A stretch of 64,000 nt of DNA. It comes from an archaeon. GTDB taxonomy: Archaea > Nanobdellota > Nanobdellia > Woesearchaeales > JBDRAZ01. Numbering within the stretch: position 1 is the first letter of the stretch; every line of letters starts with the position of its first letter. The stretch is from positions 3,592 through 67,591 of the forward strand of contig JBDRAZ010000038.1 in the NCBI GenBank assembly GCA_043823195.1, given 5' to 3'. Shown here piece after piece: positions 49,492 to 59,736 of the stretch. The notes under the pieces are model-generated. The model was not told the DNA's origin, searched no databases, and saw only the letters and a program-made list of their open reading frames with translations. A program made the position numbers and the translations under genes.

Positions 49492-50481
49492 TTAAATCCT
49501 TTCATCATGACGGCGCCTGTTGAAGATATCAACGAACTCAGGCAGGCAGTGCCGGCACTCGGGATAAAAATGCCCGGATTCAAGGCGTTTTCTAAAGGCC
49601 TGCATCCGCTCACCCACCCATAATTCCCTAAACGGCCTATCCCGGATATTTCCAATGACGTTTTCGTACATGCTTGCAAGTATGCAGCATGCAAGAACAT
49701 CGCCCCTTGAATTGACAAAGGCCATGTCCCCCGGGGCATAGCAGAATTCCGGAACATCATGCTCAAAGAGGCCGTGCCTGACCAGGGAGCCGATGTTGGA
49801 CGCTATTTTTTGCTCAGCCATTGATTTTTGTGCCTCAAGAAGGCACCTGCTGATTTCAGTCTCGGGCAGTCCCCGTAAGGAGAGCTGCCTGTTGGTTGAC
49901 CATTCCAGGAGCACCGAGAAATAGACAGATGATATGCCTGCGCGCCTTGCAATGCCTGCATAGCCTGCCAGGCTGGCCAGGTTTACCCTGGTGACCACGG
50001 CGCCAAGCCTGATAACGGGCTTTTCACTGGCCTGCCTTCTTTTCTCTTCAGAAAGGCTCTTAATTGCCGCATACACCATCCGAAAGACCCCTTTGCCGCG
50101 AATCCCGTCATTGTCTGCCTCGGTTGTGCCATCCAGCGAAAAACAGATGTCATCCAGCTGAATATCAACAACCGCTTTAATCAGGGAGCTGTCAAGCATC
50201 GTTGCGTTGCTTGTAAGTGAGGTGAAAAGGCCGAGGTCTTTGGACTTCCGAATAATCTCCAGGATGTCCTTTTTCATGAAGGGTTCACCGCCGCCGGTGA
50301 GGTCTGCTGATTTTACACCCATTGATCTGGCATCTTCCAGAAGGCTGAATATTTCTTCTTTTGTCAGCTCCTCACCCGCTTTCGCGTTGGGGTCGGTCTT
50401 CTTTTCCAGCCTCCAGCAGGTTTTGCATCTAAGATTACATGCATCTGTAGGGCTGATCATAAGCTTGTCAGGGCCCTTCAT
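49492..50481 (-). CDS. radical SAM/SPASM enzyme, array member A
   Basis: ISPTDACNLRCKTCW (CxxxCxxC) and LTGGGEPF are present. C-terminal ACCILAS...CRHC. Overlaps the start of B by 4 nt. Confidence 0.8.
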   Translation of the reverse strand: MKGPDKLMISPTDACNLRCKTCWRLEKKTDPNAKAGEELTKEEIFSLLEDARSMGVKSADLTGGGEPFMKKDILEIIRKSKDLGLFTSLTSNATMLDSSLIKAVVDIQLDDICFSLDGTTEADNDGIRGKGVFRMVYAAIKSLSEEKRRQASEKPVIRLGAVVTRVNLASLAGYAGIARRAGISSVYFSVLLEWSTNRQLSLRGLPETEISRCLLEAQKSMAEQKIASNIGSLVRHGLFEHDVPEFCYAPGDMAFVNSRGDVLACCILASMYENVIGNIRDRPFRELWVGERMQAFRKRLESGHFYPECRHCLPEFVDIFNRRRHDERI

Positions 50482-51548
50482 TTTTCAAGCTCCTTGCGAA
50501 TTTCAAGATTGTTTGTAACCAGTGTTGTGCAGCATTTCCTGCAGTAGTCGGACAGGCTGCTGTCAAGCATATCCTGCCTGCGTTTCTGAAAATACGGGCC
50601 GTACCAGATCTGTTCCAGGGTTCTATTCCTGATGTTCTCGGTGGCTGCCTCATCAAAGAAGCCGCATGGCCCGACCCTGCCATCCACCCTTATGCCCATC
50701 CTGTAGAACGGCTCAAAACAGGGCATGTTAACAAAGCCGGCCCTGCCTGTTGAAAGCACCTCTTTCATGCTGCCTGTTTTTTCAACAAGCCTTGTTTCAA
50801 AGAACCTGCGCAGATTTGTGGTGATTGCATATTTATCCGCGAGGCCCGCCGCTTTTGTGGCAATCCGGGTGAATTCATGCTGCTGAACGGGATTCAGCCT
50901 CAATGCCTCACCCGCTTCAGAATATGAAGTGACCGGCTCGATAAAGACTGCATCCGCACCTATATTCTTGGCCAGACTTATTATCTCAGGAACCTGCCCA
51001 TAGTTGCGGTTAACCAGGACAACACCAATCTCCAGATACGGTTTGCCGGATTTCTGCCTGCGGCTGCTGAAATGCCTGATGTTCTCAACAGCCCTCCTGA
51101 ATGACCCATTGACACCGGTCAGATAGTCATTGGTCTTGCCATCAGCCCCGTGGAGGCTGACCTTAATATGATCCCACCCCAATCCGACAAGGTCCTCAAT
51201 CTGTTTGTGCGTGAAGTTTGTGCCATTGGTGCAGAGGTAGCCCTGCATGCCGCGGGCTTTGACAAGCTTCATAATCCCCATAGTGTCTCGACGGACAGTC
51301 GCTTCACCGCCCCCGATCACCTTGAACTCCCCAACACCCAGTTTCGCGGCATCTTCGATTATTTCCTTGTATTTGCCCAAAGGCAGCTCTTCGAGATAAT
51401 CAATATTATCGGCACCCACCCTCCAGCAAAATCTGCATCGGTGGTTGCACCTGAGCGTAGGCGCTATCTCAATCCCCCAGGGAGGGGCACTATGACCCCC
51501 GGCCCAGGTCCTGAGGCGCCGGATTACCTCGTTCATGCCCGCCCCCAT
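50478..51548 (-). CDS. radical SAM/SPASM enzyme, array member B
   Basis: IEIAPTLRCNHRCRFCW. C-terminal PCFEPFY...GPCGFFD...IWYGPYF...YCRKCC. Confidence 0.8.
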   Translation of the reverse strand: MGAGMNEVIRRLRTWAGGHSAPPWGIEIAPTLRCNHRCRFCWRVGADNIDYLEELPLGKYKEIIEDAAKLGVGEFKVIGGGEATVRRDTMGIMKLVKARGMQGYLCTNGTNFTHKQIEDLVGLGWDHIKVSLHGADGKTNDYLTGVNGSFRRAVENIRHFSSRRQKSGKPYLEIGVVLVNRNYGQVPEIISLAKNIGADAVFIEPVTSYSEAGEALRLNPVQQHEFTRIATKAAGLADKYAITTNLRRFFETRLVEKTGSMKEVLSTGRAGFVNMPCFEPFYRMGIRVDGRVGPCGFFDEAATENIRNRTLEQIWYGPYFQKRRQDMLDSSLSDYCRKCCTTLVTNNLEIRKELEK

Positions 51549-52693
51549 ATGCGGTGCAGCGCCCGGCCAACACCAAAGGCGGCCACTGACTGCCCCAATT
51601 CAGCAACCTGATGGAATCTTCCTTTCGAGAGAAGAACCCTGAGACGCCTGTTCTCGTCCTGAATCCAGAGGCTGCACTTTGCACAGTCCGAATGCTTCCG
51701 GTTTTGTGATATCTGCAGCCTCATTTTGCTGAAGTACGGACCATACCAGATATCCTTAAGGCTTTTGGCCAGGATGTTGTCGGCATCAGGGTCGTAGATG
51801 TTGCAGCAGGGCTGCACAGATCCGTCCGGCCTCACAACCATTTTATGCCAAGGCTGGTAGCAGTAGTAATCCGAAAACCCGTGCGCCTGCCTGTCCGGAC
51901 CTGTCTCGATGTTTTCAGGATCATGTCTTCCTGAAGAGGGTCTTGCTGATGCATGCCGTGATAGGAAGCTGACATTTGTCGTTATCCTCTGATGATGCGC
52001 TGCCACAATGGCGGCATCTATCTCTTCGGGAAGCCTGTCTTTGTCGTCATCGTCGAGGGCCAACCTGCCTGTGTTTGGGTTAGCCACCAGCGGCTCAAAG
52101 TTCACCGAATCAGCGCCGTACTTTGCCCCCAGCAGTATCATTTCAGCAAGCTTGCTGCAGTTGTGCCTGTTCACTACCGTGTTTATTCCCAATGCGGGAC
52201 GTTTCCACCTAGGGTACCGGCAGAGTTTCAGGAGCGCTGAGCAGATTCTATCATAGGATCCCTGCACACCGCAGAGGTAATCATGCGTTCTGCTGTCGGG
52301 ACCTTCCAGTGATATGAATACGGCATCCCATCTGATACCGACCAAGCCGGGAACCATCCCTGACAGCAGCGTGCCATTGGTCGTTAGCTGGCCCCTCAGC
52401 CCCCTTTTTTTTATGTGCTGCATGAGGGGCAGGATTGCCTCCTTTCTGCAAAGGGGTTCTCCGTCACCTGACAGGTGAACCTGCCGCACGCCCATATCAG
52501 CCGCATCATCAATAATCTGCAGGCAGCGTCCGGTTGTGAGCTGGTCTTTGCCCTCCCTTGTAGTCCCCCGGAGGCTACCTTCGCAGAATTTGCATTCAAG
52601 GTTGCAGCGGTATGTGGGATTCAGGTCAAGAGCGACCGGACCGGCAGGGGTGCCGTTTTTCCATTTCCCAAGCCTGGTTACCTTGTGATACAT
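51533..52693 (-). CDS. radical SAM/SPASM enzyme, array member C
   Basis: LDLNPTYRCNLECKFCE. C-terminal YCYQPWH...QPCCNIYD...IWYGPYF...CAKCS. Start at internal MYHKV. Confidence 0.8.
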   Translation of the reverse strand: MYHKVTRLGKWKNGTPAGPVALDLNPTYRCNLECKFCEGSLRGTTREGKDQLTTGRCLQIIDDAADMGVRQVHLSGDGEPLCRKEAILPLMQHIKKRGLRGQLTTNGTLLSGMVPGLVGIRWDAVFISLEGPDSRTHDYLCGVQGSYDRICSALLKLCRYPRWKRPALGINTVVNRHNCSKLAEMILLGAKYGADSVNFEPLVANPNTGRLALDDDDKDRLPEEIDAAIVAAHHQRITTNVSFLSRHASARPSSGRHDPENIETGPDRQAHGFSDYYCYQPWHKMVVRPDGSVQPCCNIYDPDADNILAKSLKDIWYGPYFSKMRLQISQNRKHSDCAKCSLWIQDENRRLRVLLSKGRFHQVAELGQSVAAFGVGRALHRIWGRA

Positions 52694-53757
52694 AGCGATA
52701 ACTCCTTCTGTATGCCCTGGTTCTGGATTACCTGGCCTGCGTTGCAGATCCTGCAATAGTGCGGCAGGCTTCCGCCCATAATGCTTTGCCGGATGCTGCT
52801 GAAATGTGAGCCATACCAGATGGACCTGAGAGACTCGTTTTTGACATTCAGCTTTGGGTCGTCACAGATGCAGCAGGGCCCGGCATTCCCGTCAACCTTG
52901 ACTACAAGATGGTACCAGGGCTCGTAGCAGGGGATTGAGAGGAAGCCGCGCCCCCTGCAGGCCAATACCTCATCCATTCTGTTGCTGTTCTCGATGTGCT
53001 GTTTTGCGAGATGGCTGACATTTGTCGCTATCCCGTATCTGGCTGCCAGCCTGTGGGCTTCGTCCTGATGGGCAGAGACGCCTGTAATGTCGTCGCGCAA
53101 CTTCAGTTCATTGCCAATCTCTGAGTGGACGGTCAGGGGCTCAAAGCTTACAATCTCGCACCCAACTGAATGCGCAAACTCTATCATCTGCGAGAGCTTT
53201 CCGTAATTAACATTGGAAAGGACAGTATTGAATGCAACAACCGGGAATCTGGTTTTATTTGCTTTTTTAGCCTGGTCCAGGAGCTTCAGGCTGCGCTCAA
53301 CCTTGCGGAAAGTGCCGGTTCCCCGCAGGAAATCATTCGTTGCAGCATCCGGTCCGTCTATGCTAAAGGTAACCTTGTCCCACCTGATCCCAACAAGAGC
53401 AGATATGAGCTTTTCTGTAAAGAGCGTGCCATTTGTTGTCATAGAGCCATTCATGCCATGTTCCTTTATGCGCTTCAATAATGCCGGGGTGGCCCGCCGC
53501 ATGAGTGGCTCGCCGCCGCCGGTAATCTCCCAGTGCACTGCCCCCAGATCCTTCCCCTCATCAATAAGCTCAAGGAGCCTCTTGTCGCTCAGCTGATAGT
53601 GCCTGCTGTCAAGCCTGCCCTCAAACCGCTCATTCCTCTGCCAGCAGCTTTTGCACCTGAGGTTGCAGTAATCTGTGGGGCTGAGGTCTATTATGTACGG
53701 GGGTGCAAGTGTCCCCTTTGCGCATGATACCAGCCTATTGATTATTTCTGACTGCAT
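52678..53757 (-). CDS. radical SAM/SPASM enzyme, array member D
   Basis: IDLSPTDYCNLRCKSCW. C-terminal PCYEPWY...GPCCICDD...IWYGSHF...YCRICN. Confidence 0.8.
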   Translation of the reverse strand: MQSEIINRLVSCAKGTLAPPYIIDLSPTDYCNLRCKSCWQRNERFEGRLDSRHYQLSDKRLLELIDEGKDLGAVHWEITGGGEPLMRRATPALLKRIKEHGMNGSMTTNGTLFTEKLISALVGIRWDKVTFSIDGPDAATNDFLRGTGTFRKVERSLKLLDQAKKANKTRFPVVAFNTVLSNVNYGKLSQMIEFAHSVGCEIVSFEPLTVHSEIGNELKLRDDITGVSAHQDEAHRLAARYGIATNVSHLAKQHIENSNRMDEVLACRGRGFLSIPCYEPWYHLVVKVDGNAGPCCICDDPKLNVKNESLRSIWYGSHFSSIRQSIMGGSLPHYCRICNAGQVIQNQGIQKELSLCITR

Positions 53758-54838
53758 TTCTCAGCATACCCCTGATCTGCCTGTTGGACGCAACTGTCCC
53801 GGGATTGCACTGCCTGCAATAATCCAGCAATTCGCCCCTCAATAGCCGCTCCCGTACAAGGTTAAAGTGCCTGCCCTGCCAGATATCGGCCAATGATTTG
53901 TCATGAACATACTCGCCGCTTTCATCAAACATGCAGCACGGTCCGGCGCGCCCGTTTGGCCTTATAACCATGTTATGGAAAGGCTCATAGCAGGCCGCCG
54001 ACAGCAGGCCGCCCCCATCCTGCTGCTTGAGATCCCCCTCTATGACCTTGTCCATTTCATTGGTCTTGTCCACAACTTCGCAGCTGAGGTCTGCCAGGTT
54101 GTATTCCAGCCCCAGCCTGTCGCAGAGCGCAGCTGCTTTTGGCCTGAGCCTCTGAAACTCCGCCTGCTCATCTTTTGTCATCTTAAGGCGCTTGCCCAAA
54201 TCAGTAAACACCGAGACATTGACGATCGGCTCAAAGAATATGTTTGCCGCACCGATGGTGTGGGCAAGCTGCACCATCTCCACTATCTGTGCGTGGTTCC
54301 TGTTGCACACCACATAGTGTATGCATATCTTGGGAACTGCCATGCCGGACCTGCCCTTGAGCAGGGAAAACTGCCTGATTGCGCCAACGGTCTTGTCAAA
54401 GCAGCCCCGGTCGTTCCTGAGGTACTCGTGCGTCTCCCTGTCAGGAGAATCCAGGCTGAAGATGACCTCATCCCATCCTGATTCAATCATGGCCACGGCA
54501 TCGGTCTCCTGCAGGAGTGTGCCGTTGGTAATCAGTGTGCCACGCATTCCATGGCCCTTTATCTGCCGCATAATCTTAAGGAATGCCTCTTTGCGGCACA
54601 ACGGCTCACCCCCTCCGGTAACTGTAACCTCTTTAACCCCCATATCCGCCGCCTCATCGATAATGGCTGCGTACCTCTGGTCTGAAATCTCATTATCATA
54701 GCTGACCCTCTCGGTATCCTGCTGCCAGCAGAACCTGCAGTGAAGGTTGCACCGTTCAGTGGGATTGATCTGCAGCCTGACAGGTCCGGGCCTGGATCCC
54801 GGCCATCCTGCAAGGCGTTCAACTGTTGCATTCATCAT
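53735..54838 (-). CDS. radical SAM/SPASM enzyme, array member E
   Basis: VERLAGWPG...LQINPTERCNLHCRFCW. C-terminal ACYEPFH...GPCCMFDE...IWQGRHF...YCRQCN. Start at internal MMNATVERLAGW. Confidence 0.8.
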   Translation of the reverse strand: MMNATVERLAGWPGSRPGPVRLQINPTERCNLHCRFCWQQDTERVSYDNEISDQRYAAIIDEAADMGVKEVTVTGGGEPLCRKEAFLKIMRQIKGHGMRGTLITNGTLLQETDAVAMIESGWDEVIFSLDSPDRETHEYLRNDRGCFDKTVGAIRQFSLLKGRSGMAVPKICIHYVVCNRNHAQIVEMVQLAHTIGAANIFFEPIVNVSVFTDLGKRLKMTKDEQAEFQRLRPKAAALCDRLGLEYNLADLSCEVVDKTNEMDKVIEGDLKQQDGGGLLSAACYEPFHNMVIRPNGRAGPCCMFDESGEYVHDKSLADIWQGRHFNLVRERLLRGELLDYCRQCNPGTVASNRQIRGMLRNAVRNNQ

Positions 54839-56459
54839 GATTACTGCTGCACCCCCCAATGTAATTCCTGATATCCCTTTTCCTGTCAAAGATTGAATAA
54901 AGGTAAAAGATCCTGTAAAAGTGATTATGCGTGTTGTCAAATTGTGGATTAAACACCTGTTTTCTCATTTGCTCATATTGTCTGAAGGCGAGCCAGGCCT
55001 GTTGTTTCTTATCCTCCCATTTGGCGCCGTCCACTTCATCAAAGGCCAGACCCTCCGCCTGATCATCCTGCGTCTCTCTTATCTTTGTTATTCCATACTT
55101 TAAAGGATTGCTTGTGAGAAGGCTCTGAGTAAGATAGAACCTAGTGAGATAGAAGTAATCAATTTGCCTGCGGTTCTCAGCAAGGAATTGCATTGACAAG
55201 TCCCTGTCTTCTTGAGTCTCATGCGGCAGCCCGCAAACCATTTCCAGCTCGTTCCAGATATTAAGTTTATGAGAATGTTTCAGCAGGGCCGATGCCTGAG
55301 CCAGATTGACATTCTTGTTCAGGTATTTTTGCATTCGGGGAGATGCACATTCCAGACCGAATAGCAGCCTCCGTGCACCAGCAACGTATAGCTTTGACAA
55401 TATGGACTTATCCATTGAATTGAAGGCTGCGCAGTCGAACCACTGCACATTTACATCATTTTTAATCATCTGATCTGAAAACTCGGCCGCATAATTTTTT
55501 GTTGGGTTAACACTGGTATTGGTGAATATGAAATGATTGGCCCCATGCTTTTTTGACAGCATCTTCAGTTCTTCTGCAACGGCACCAGGATCCTTTGTGA
55601 GAAAAATATCTGACTGCGAATCTTTGCAGAATATGCATCTGTTTGGACATCCGAAGACAAAGTAATAGGGAAGGATCTGAATCTTCTTTGTTGACAACCC
55701 ATTCTCAGCAACATCCGTTGGTATGTACCGATAGAGTTCCAATGGAAGCCCGTCAAAATCCGGTACGGGGAATATAACTTCATCAGTATAGTATTCCGTC
55801 GGTATTTTCCGTGATTGAAGTACAGGATAGCCTGCCAAATCAAGGTGCCTGGCAATTTTTTCTTCGTTAAATACTATGCTAGGGAACAATTCCCTCTTTG
55901 ACAACTGCCTTGACTCGATGCAGTCAAGAAGCCTTATGAACTCGAAATGGTTAGTCAGGAAACAAAAGAAATCCACAAACGGCACGTCTTCAAACGGCAC
56001 ACCGGCAATAGTCCTATCATGATGGCCTCCGCCTGCGGAGATCAGAACATCATCGCGGTCTTTTAGTATTTTTGACATAACCATTGCCGCCCCGATTGAT
56101 GCAAATTTCCAGCAGTGCCCAAAGGAAAAAGCGACCATGTCATACCCCTTCGTTTTTGTCTTCTTAAGCATCTTTTCCGCATTCTGCTCCAGCTCGTCAT
56201 CACTGCCCCGCGTTATATAATCCGCTATTCTCGCCTTATCCTGAAACAGGGCCATGTCCACGCGCCTGTTATCAAGGCCGTGCAAATTATCATGGTACAC
56301 CTTCGCGTCGAGGTCATCCTGGTGTGCTGTGAAACCATGCTTCTCAAGGTATGACTTGATGACCGGGAGACTGATGAGCGGAAATTTTGGCGGCTCACGG
56401 GTGCTGTTTTCATCCTCAGCCGAATAGAATTCGGGAGAGTATATCAGTTTCAGCCTCAT
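54819..56459 (-). CDS. cobalamin-binding (class B) radical SAM enzyme, paralog 1
   Basis: N-terminal Rossmann-like B12-binding-type domain PLISLPVIKSYLEKHGF...ISAGGGHH. Central radical SAM motif YYFVFGCPNRCIFCKD. Start at MRLKLIYSPEF. Confidence 0.65.
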   Translation of the reverse strand: MRLKLIYSPEFYSAEDENSTREPPKFPLISLPVIKSYLEKHGFTAHQDDLDAKVYHDNLHGLDNRRVDMALFQDKARIADYITRGSDDELEQNAEKMLKKTKTKGYDMVAFSFGHCWKFASIGAAMVMSKILKDRDDVLISAGGGHHDRTIAGVPFEDVPFVDFFCFLTNHFEFIRLLDCIESRQLSKRELFPSIVFNEEKIARHLDLAGYPVLQSRKIPTEYYTDEVIFPVPDFDGLPLELYRYIPTDVAENGLSTKKIQILPYYFVFGCPNRCIFCKDSQSDIFLTKDPGAVAEELKMLSKKHGANHFIFTNTSVNPTKNYAAEFSDQMIKNDVNVQWFDCAAFNSMDKSILSKLYVAGARRLLFGLECASPRMQKYLNKNVNLAQASALLKHSHKLNIWNELEMVCGLPHETQEDRDLSMQFLAENRRQIDYFYLTRFYLTQSLLTSNPLKYGITKIRETQDDQAEGLAFDEVDGAKWEDKKQQAWLAFRQYEQMRKQVFNPQFDNTHNHFYRIFYLYSIFDRKRDIRNYIGGCSSNHDECNS

Positions 56460-56466
56460 TGGCAGA

Positions 56467-58053
56467 TCATAACCCCCATCCGTTTGCGGAAACATAATCC
56501 ATTATCTCGGATTTTGAGTCAAAAACAGTGTACAGATAAAAAAGCTTGTAAAAATGCATCGCAGATAAATCAAGGCCGGGGCTGATAACATCCCGCCTGA
56601 GCTGTTCATAGGTGCGATATGAGGCATCCTGCTGCATTTTCTTATCCTTCCATTTGAGGCCGTCAATCTCGTCAAAGGCCATGCCCTCGCCGTTTCCGGC
56701 GGGCCTTATGTTGGCAATTCCGTATCTGGCGGGATTCTGAAGCATCCTGCTGCCGGTGAGGTAAAATTTGGTCAGATAAAAAAAATTTATGGTCTGCTTG
56801 TTTCGCCTCAGGAAATCCAGCGAGGCTTTCAGGTCGCTGTCCTTTTCATGGGGCAGCCCGCAGATAACCTCAATCTCATTCCATATGCCGAGTTTGTGCG
56901 CCGCCGTCAGAACGGCCTGCGCATCAGGCAGGACAACGTTTTTCTCCAGGAATCCCTGCATTGCAGGGGATGCGCATTCCAGCCCGTAAACGAGGCGGCG
57001 CGCACCGGACTGGTGCAGTTTCGATAGCAGTTTTGCATCCAGATTATTGAATGTTGCGCAGTCAAACCAAAGCAGATCAAGGTTCTTGCGGATTATTGTG
57101 TCGGCAAAGTCAAGAGCGTGCCTGTATGTTGGATTAATGGAGGTATTGGAGAAGACAAAGCATCTTGTCCTGTACTTTCTGGAAAGGTATGTGAGGTCAT
57201 CTGCAACCTGCTCCGGGTCCTTGACAAAGAAGTGGTTTATGTGGGAGTCCTTGCAGAAAATGCATTTGTTCGGACAGCCATAAATGTGAAAGTAGGGCAG
57301 GACCAGAAGTTTTTTTTGGGAGATCCCGTTGTCAAGGATATCCTGCGGGACGTACCGGTAGAGGTCAAGAGGCAGCCCGTCAAAATCGGGCACGGGAAAA
57401 AGGACCTCCGGATCCTTATGCGTGGCTGGGTAGCCTTTTATTGTCTCCTTTTGATCCGGGGAAAATTCCCGGTTGAATATTATTTCTGAGCAAAGCTCCT
57501 TTTTTGGCATCCTGCCGTCCAGATAAAGGAGCAGCTTGCAGAACTCGTAGTGGTTTGTGAAGCAGATTATGTCGAAACATCCAGTCTTGGCTATCGGGAC
57601 GCCCGCTATCGATTCCTTAAAGAGAGCCCCGCCCAGGATAATGGGGATATCATATTTCTCCCTTATTATCCCTGACATGACAATTGCGGCGCCAAGGGGG
57701 GCCAGTGTCCAGCAACTGATCGGCGCACATGCGAAGATGTCATAGCCCTTCCAGTCAGTGAGGGAGAGTATACGCAACGCATGCTCTTCAAGCTGCTCAT
57801 CATTCCCGGTCCTTATGTAGCCGGCAATCCTGGCGGGATCGTCAAAAAGGCTCATGTCAACCGGATGCCCGGATTGCTTGCTGGAGTTGAACACCTTTAT
57901 GTCAAGGTCATCCTGCGAAACCTTAAACCCGTACTTCTCCAGAAAGGATTTTATGACCGGAAGACTGACCAGCGGCAGCCTCGCTGGCTCTTTAGGATAC
58001 CCTTCCTTTTTGTCTGTGCAGAATTCCGGCAGGTAGCAGATCTTAACCTTCAT
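56467..58053 (-). CDS. cobalamin-binding (class B) radical SAM enzyme, paralog 2
   Basis: Alignable to paralog 1 throughout (LPLVSLPVIKSFLEKYGF, PYFHIYGCPNKCIFCKD). Start at MKVKICYLPEF. Confidence 0.65.
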   Translation of the reverse strand: MKVKICYLPEFCTDKKEGYPKEPARLPLVSLPVIKSFLEKYGFKVSQDDLDIKVFNSSKQSGHPVDMSLFDDPARIAGYIRTGNDEQLEEHALRILSLTDWKGYDIFACAPISCWTLAPLGAAIVMSGIIREKYDIPIILGGALFKESIAGVPIAKTGCFDIICFTNHYEFCKLLLYLDGRMPKKELCSEIIFNREFSPDQKETIKGYPATHKDPEVLFPVPDFDGLPLDLYRYVPQDILDNGISQKKLLVLPYFHIYGCPNKCIFCKDSHINHFFVKDPEQVADDLTYLSRKYRTRCFVFSNTSINPTYRHALDFADTIIRKNLDLLWFDCATFNNLDAKLLSKLHQSGARRLVYGLECASPAMQGFLEKNVVLPDAQAVLTAAHKLGIWNEIEVICGLPHEKDSDLKASLDFLRRNKQTINFFYLTKFYLTGSRMLQNPARYGIANIRPAGNGEGMAFDEIDGLKWKDKKMQQDASYRTYEQLRRDVISPGLDLSAMHFYKLFYLYTVFDSKSEIMDYVSANGWGL

Positions 58054-59716
58054 AAGGATCGTCCCCCGGATGGCCCGGCAACGTTGATTTCCTGTATATT
58101 TCAACTGTTGCATCAGCCACATTAACGGCTGATATTTTTGTGAACAGATGCCGCTCTTTGTTAAATGCCTGGTGCATGAGCAGCATGGACTCCTCTTTAT
58201 CAGAATTGGCACTGCCGGGATTGACAGAATCCTGTATCAATACTATCTCAGCATCAGCTGCCATATCGGCGTATGCCTGATAATCCAGGATGCATGCACC
58301 GAGCCCGCATTGCCCGTAAGGCTCATGCATCCTGACAGTAAGGTTTCGCAAGGCAAATTCATCCCCTGCCCCGGTCCCAACATAATACTGCCACTGAGAC
58401 AGATGGTATATGCCTGAATCCAGGAACAGGCAGATATCGATCCCGAGATTTTCCAGGCCCCCCATGGCCTCTGCCAGGTAAGGGCTCACCTGGTCTGAGA
58501 CCACATTGGGATTGCTCCTGAACAATCCGTATGCCTCCCTATCGTGACAGGTCACTATAACACCTGCGAAAGGGTCAGAAACATGGTATGATGCCCAATA
58601 AACCTGGCCCAGGCCAACGGCAATAACGAGCAGAATGGCCGACTTCCTGAATTGTGGTTTCCTAATGTGCTGGATCATCAATGAGACCAGTACGGCAAAG
58701 GAAGGCAGGTAAGGAACAACGAATCTGGGACTCATCAGACCCGAGGCAGTTGACACCACAGTGAATATGAAGAACGATGACGTAAACCACAGATGGATCA
58801 GCATATACTTTCTGCGGAAAAGGAAAAACAGGCTCATCATCGACATAACAAAAAAGAGAGGGCCCAGCTGGCAGCAGAACATATGGTAAAGATAATCCGA
58901 AGAGACACGCAGCCAGGAGATAACCAGAGACTGGCCCCCGGCGCCGATCTCTGGCCCGTCCCTTTGCCCGCTGAATATCTCGATCCTGGCGGCTACAGTC
59001 ATAATGTGTGAAGGATACCAGAGAGAAGCCAGCAGCGCCATTATCAATGCGGCGAACGCCAGGTTTATCATTCGTTCACGCAAACGGCACATTCCCCTGT
59101 GTCCGGTGATGCGGGTGCATAGGAGAGAATAGAGCGCCGGCCCAATGATGAATAAGCCAAAACTCCACTTTGTCAGCAGACCGAGACCGCAGACGATTCC
59201 AAAAAAGGCAGAGTATTTGCGGTCAGAAAATCCCCGGGTTCTCAGCAGAACGCCGATGGACAGGGCCACCATTGCGGTTAATGCAAATTCGATCATGTAC
59301 AGCCTTGAGAATCCGATTATGGAATTGAATGCAGTCACGAGGAATGCCGCCAGCAATCCTGTTGCCCTGTCACGCAGCTGGAAACCGATGGAATATATGC
59401 CAAAGACCAGTACAAAAAGAAAGATTGCATTTGTCATGACCGCGACATCTTCACTGACACCGAAGAGCGCAAACATAACCTGGGTCGCGTAATACAGCAG
59501 GGGCGGATACTCAGTCAGATGGGCCGGGTACGGCTGCTGATCCGGCATATGATTAAACAGGAATGCACTGGCATAAAAATTACCCATCATGTCGCCGCAC
59601 AGCTCAGTTTTGTCATGCTCAAGAATGTAGTAGTTGTGCATGGCGTTAAATAGGACAATAAGCAGCAGTGCCAGAAGGGTCAGCCTCCGGCTATTGAGTA
59701 TGTTGTTTCCATGCAT
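58043..59716 (-). CDS. polytopic membrane glycosyltransferase, GT39/GT83-like (PMT_2 / ArnT-like, lipid-linked sugar donor dependent)
   Basis: Twelve or more TM helices. N-terminal YPPLLYYATQVMFALFG resembles the PMT_2 family. There is a large C-terminal soluble region. Confidence 0.55.
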   Translation of the reverse strand: MHGNNILNSRRLTLLALLLIVLFNAMHNYYILEHDKTELCGDMMGNFYASAFLFNHMPDQQPYPAHLTEYPPLLYYATQVMFALFGVSEDVAVMTNAIFLFVLVFGIYSIGFQLRDRATGLLAAFLVTAFNSIIGFSRLYMIEFALTAMVALSIGVLLRTRGFSDRKYSAFFGIVCGLGLLTKWSFGLFIIGPALYSLLCTRITGHRGMCRLRERMINLAFAALIMALLASLWYPSHIMTVAARIEIFSGQRDGPEIGAGGQSLVISWLRVSSDYLYHMFCCQLGPLFFVMSMMSLFFLFRRKYMLIHLWFTSSFFIFTVVSTASGLMSPRFVVPYLPSFAVLVSLMIQHIRKPQFRKSAILLVIAVGLGQVYWASYHVSDPFAGVIVTCHDREAYGLFRSNPNVVSDQVSPYLAEAMGGLENLGIDICLFLDSGIYHLSQWQYYVGTGAGDEFALRNLTVRMHEPYGQCGLGACILDYQAYADMAADAEIVLIQDSVNPGSANSDKEESMLLMHQAFNKERHLFTKISAVNVADATVEIYRKSTLPGHPGDDPYEG

Positions 59717-59736
59717 ATGATGCTCTTGGATCCGGC

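Noticed and set aside
49492-54940. The array radical SAMs as anaerobic sulfatase-maturating enzymes.
   Set aside because: No sulfatase genes are nearby. The N-terminal RLxxW motif shared by B-G (absent from member A) is not an anSME feature, and seven copies are implausible for a maturase. They are kept as an unassigned SPASM family.
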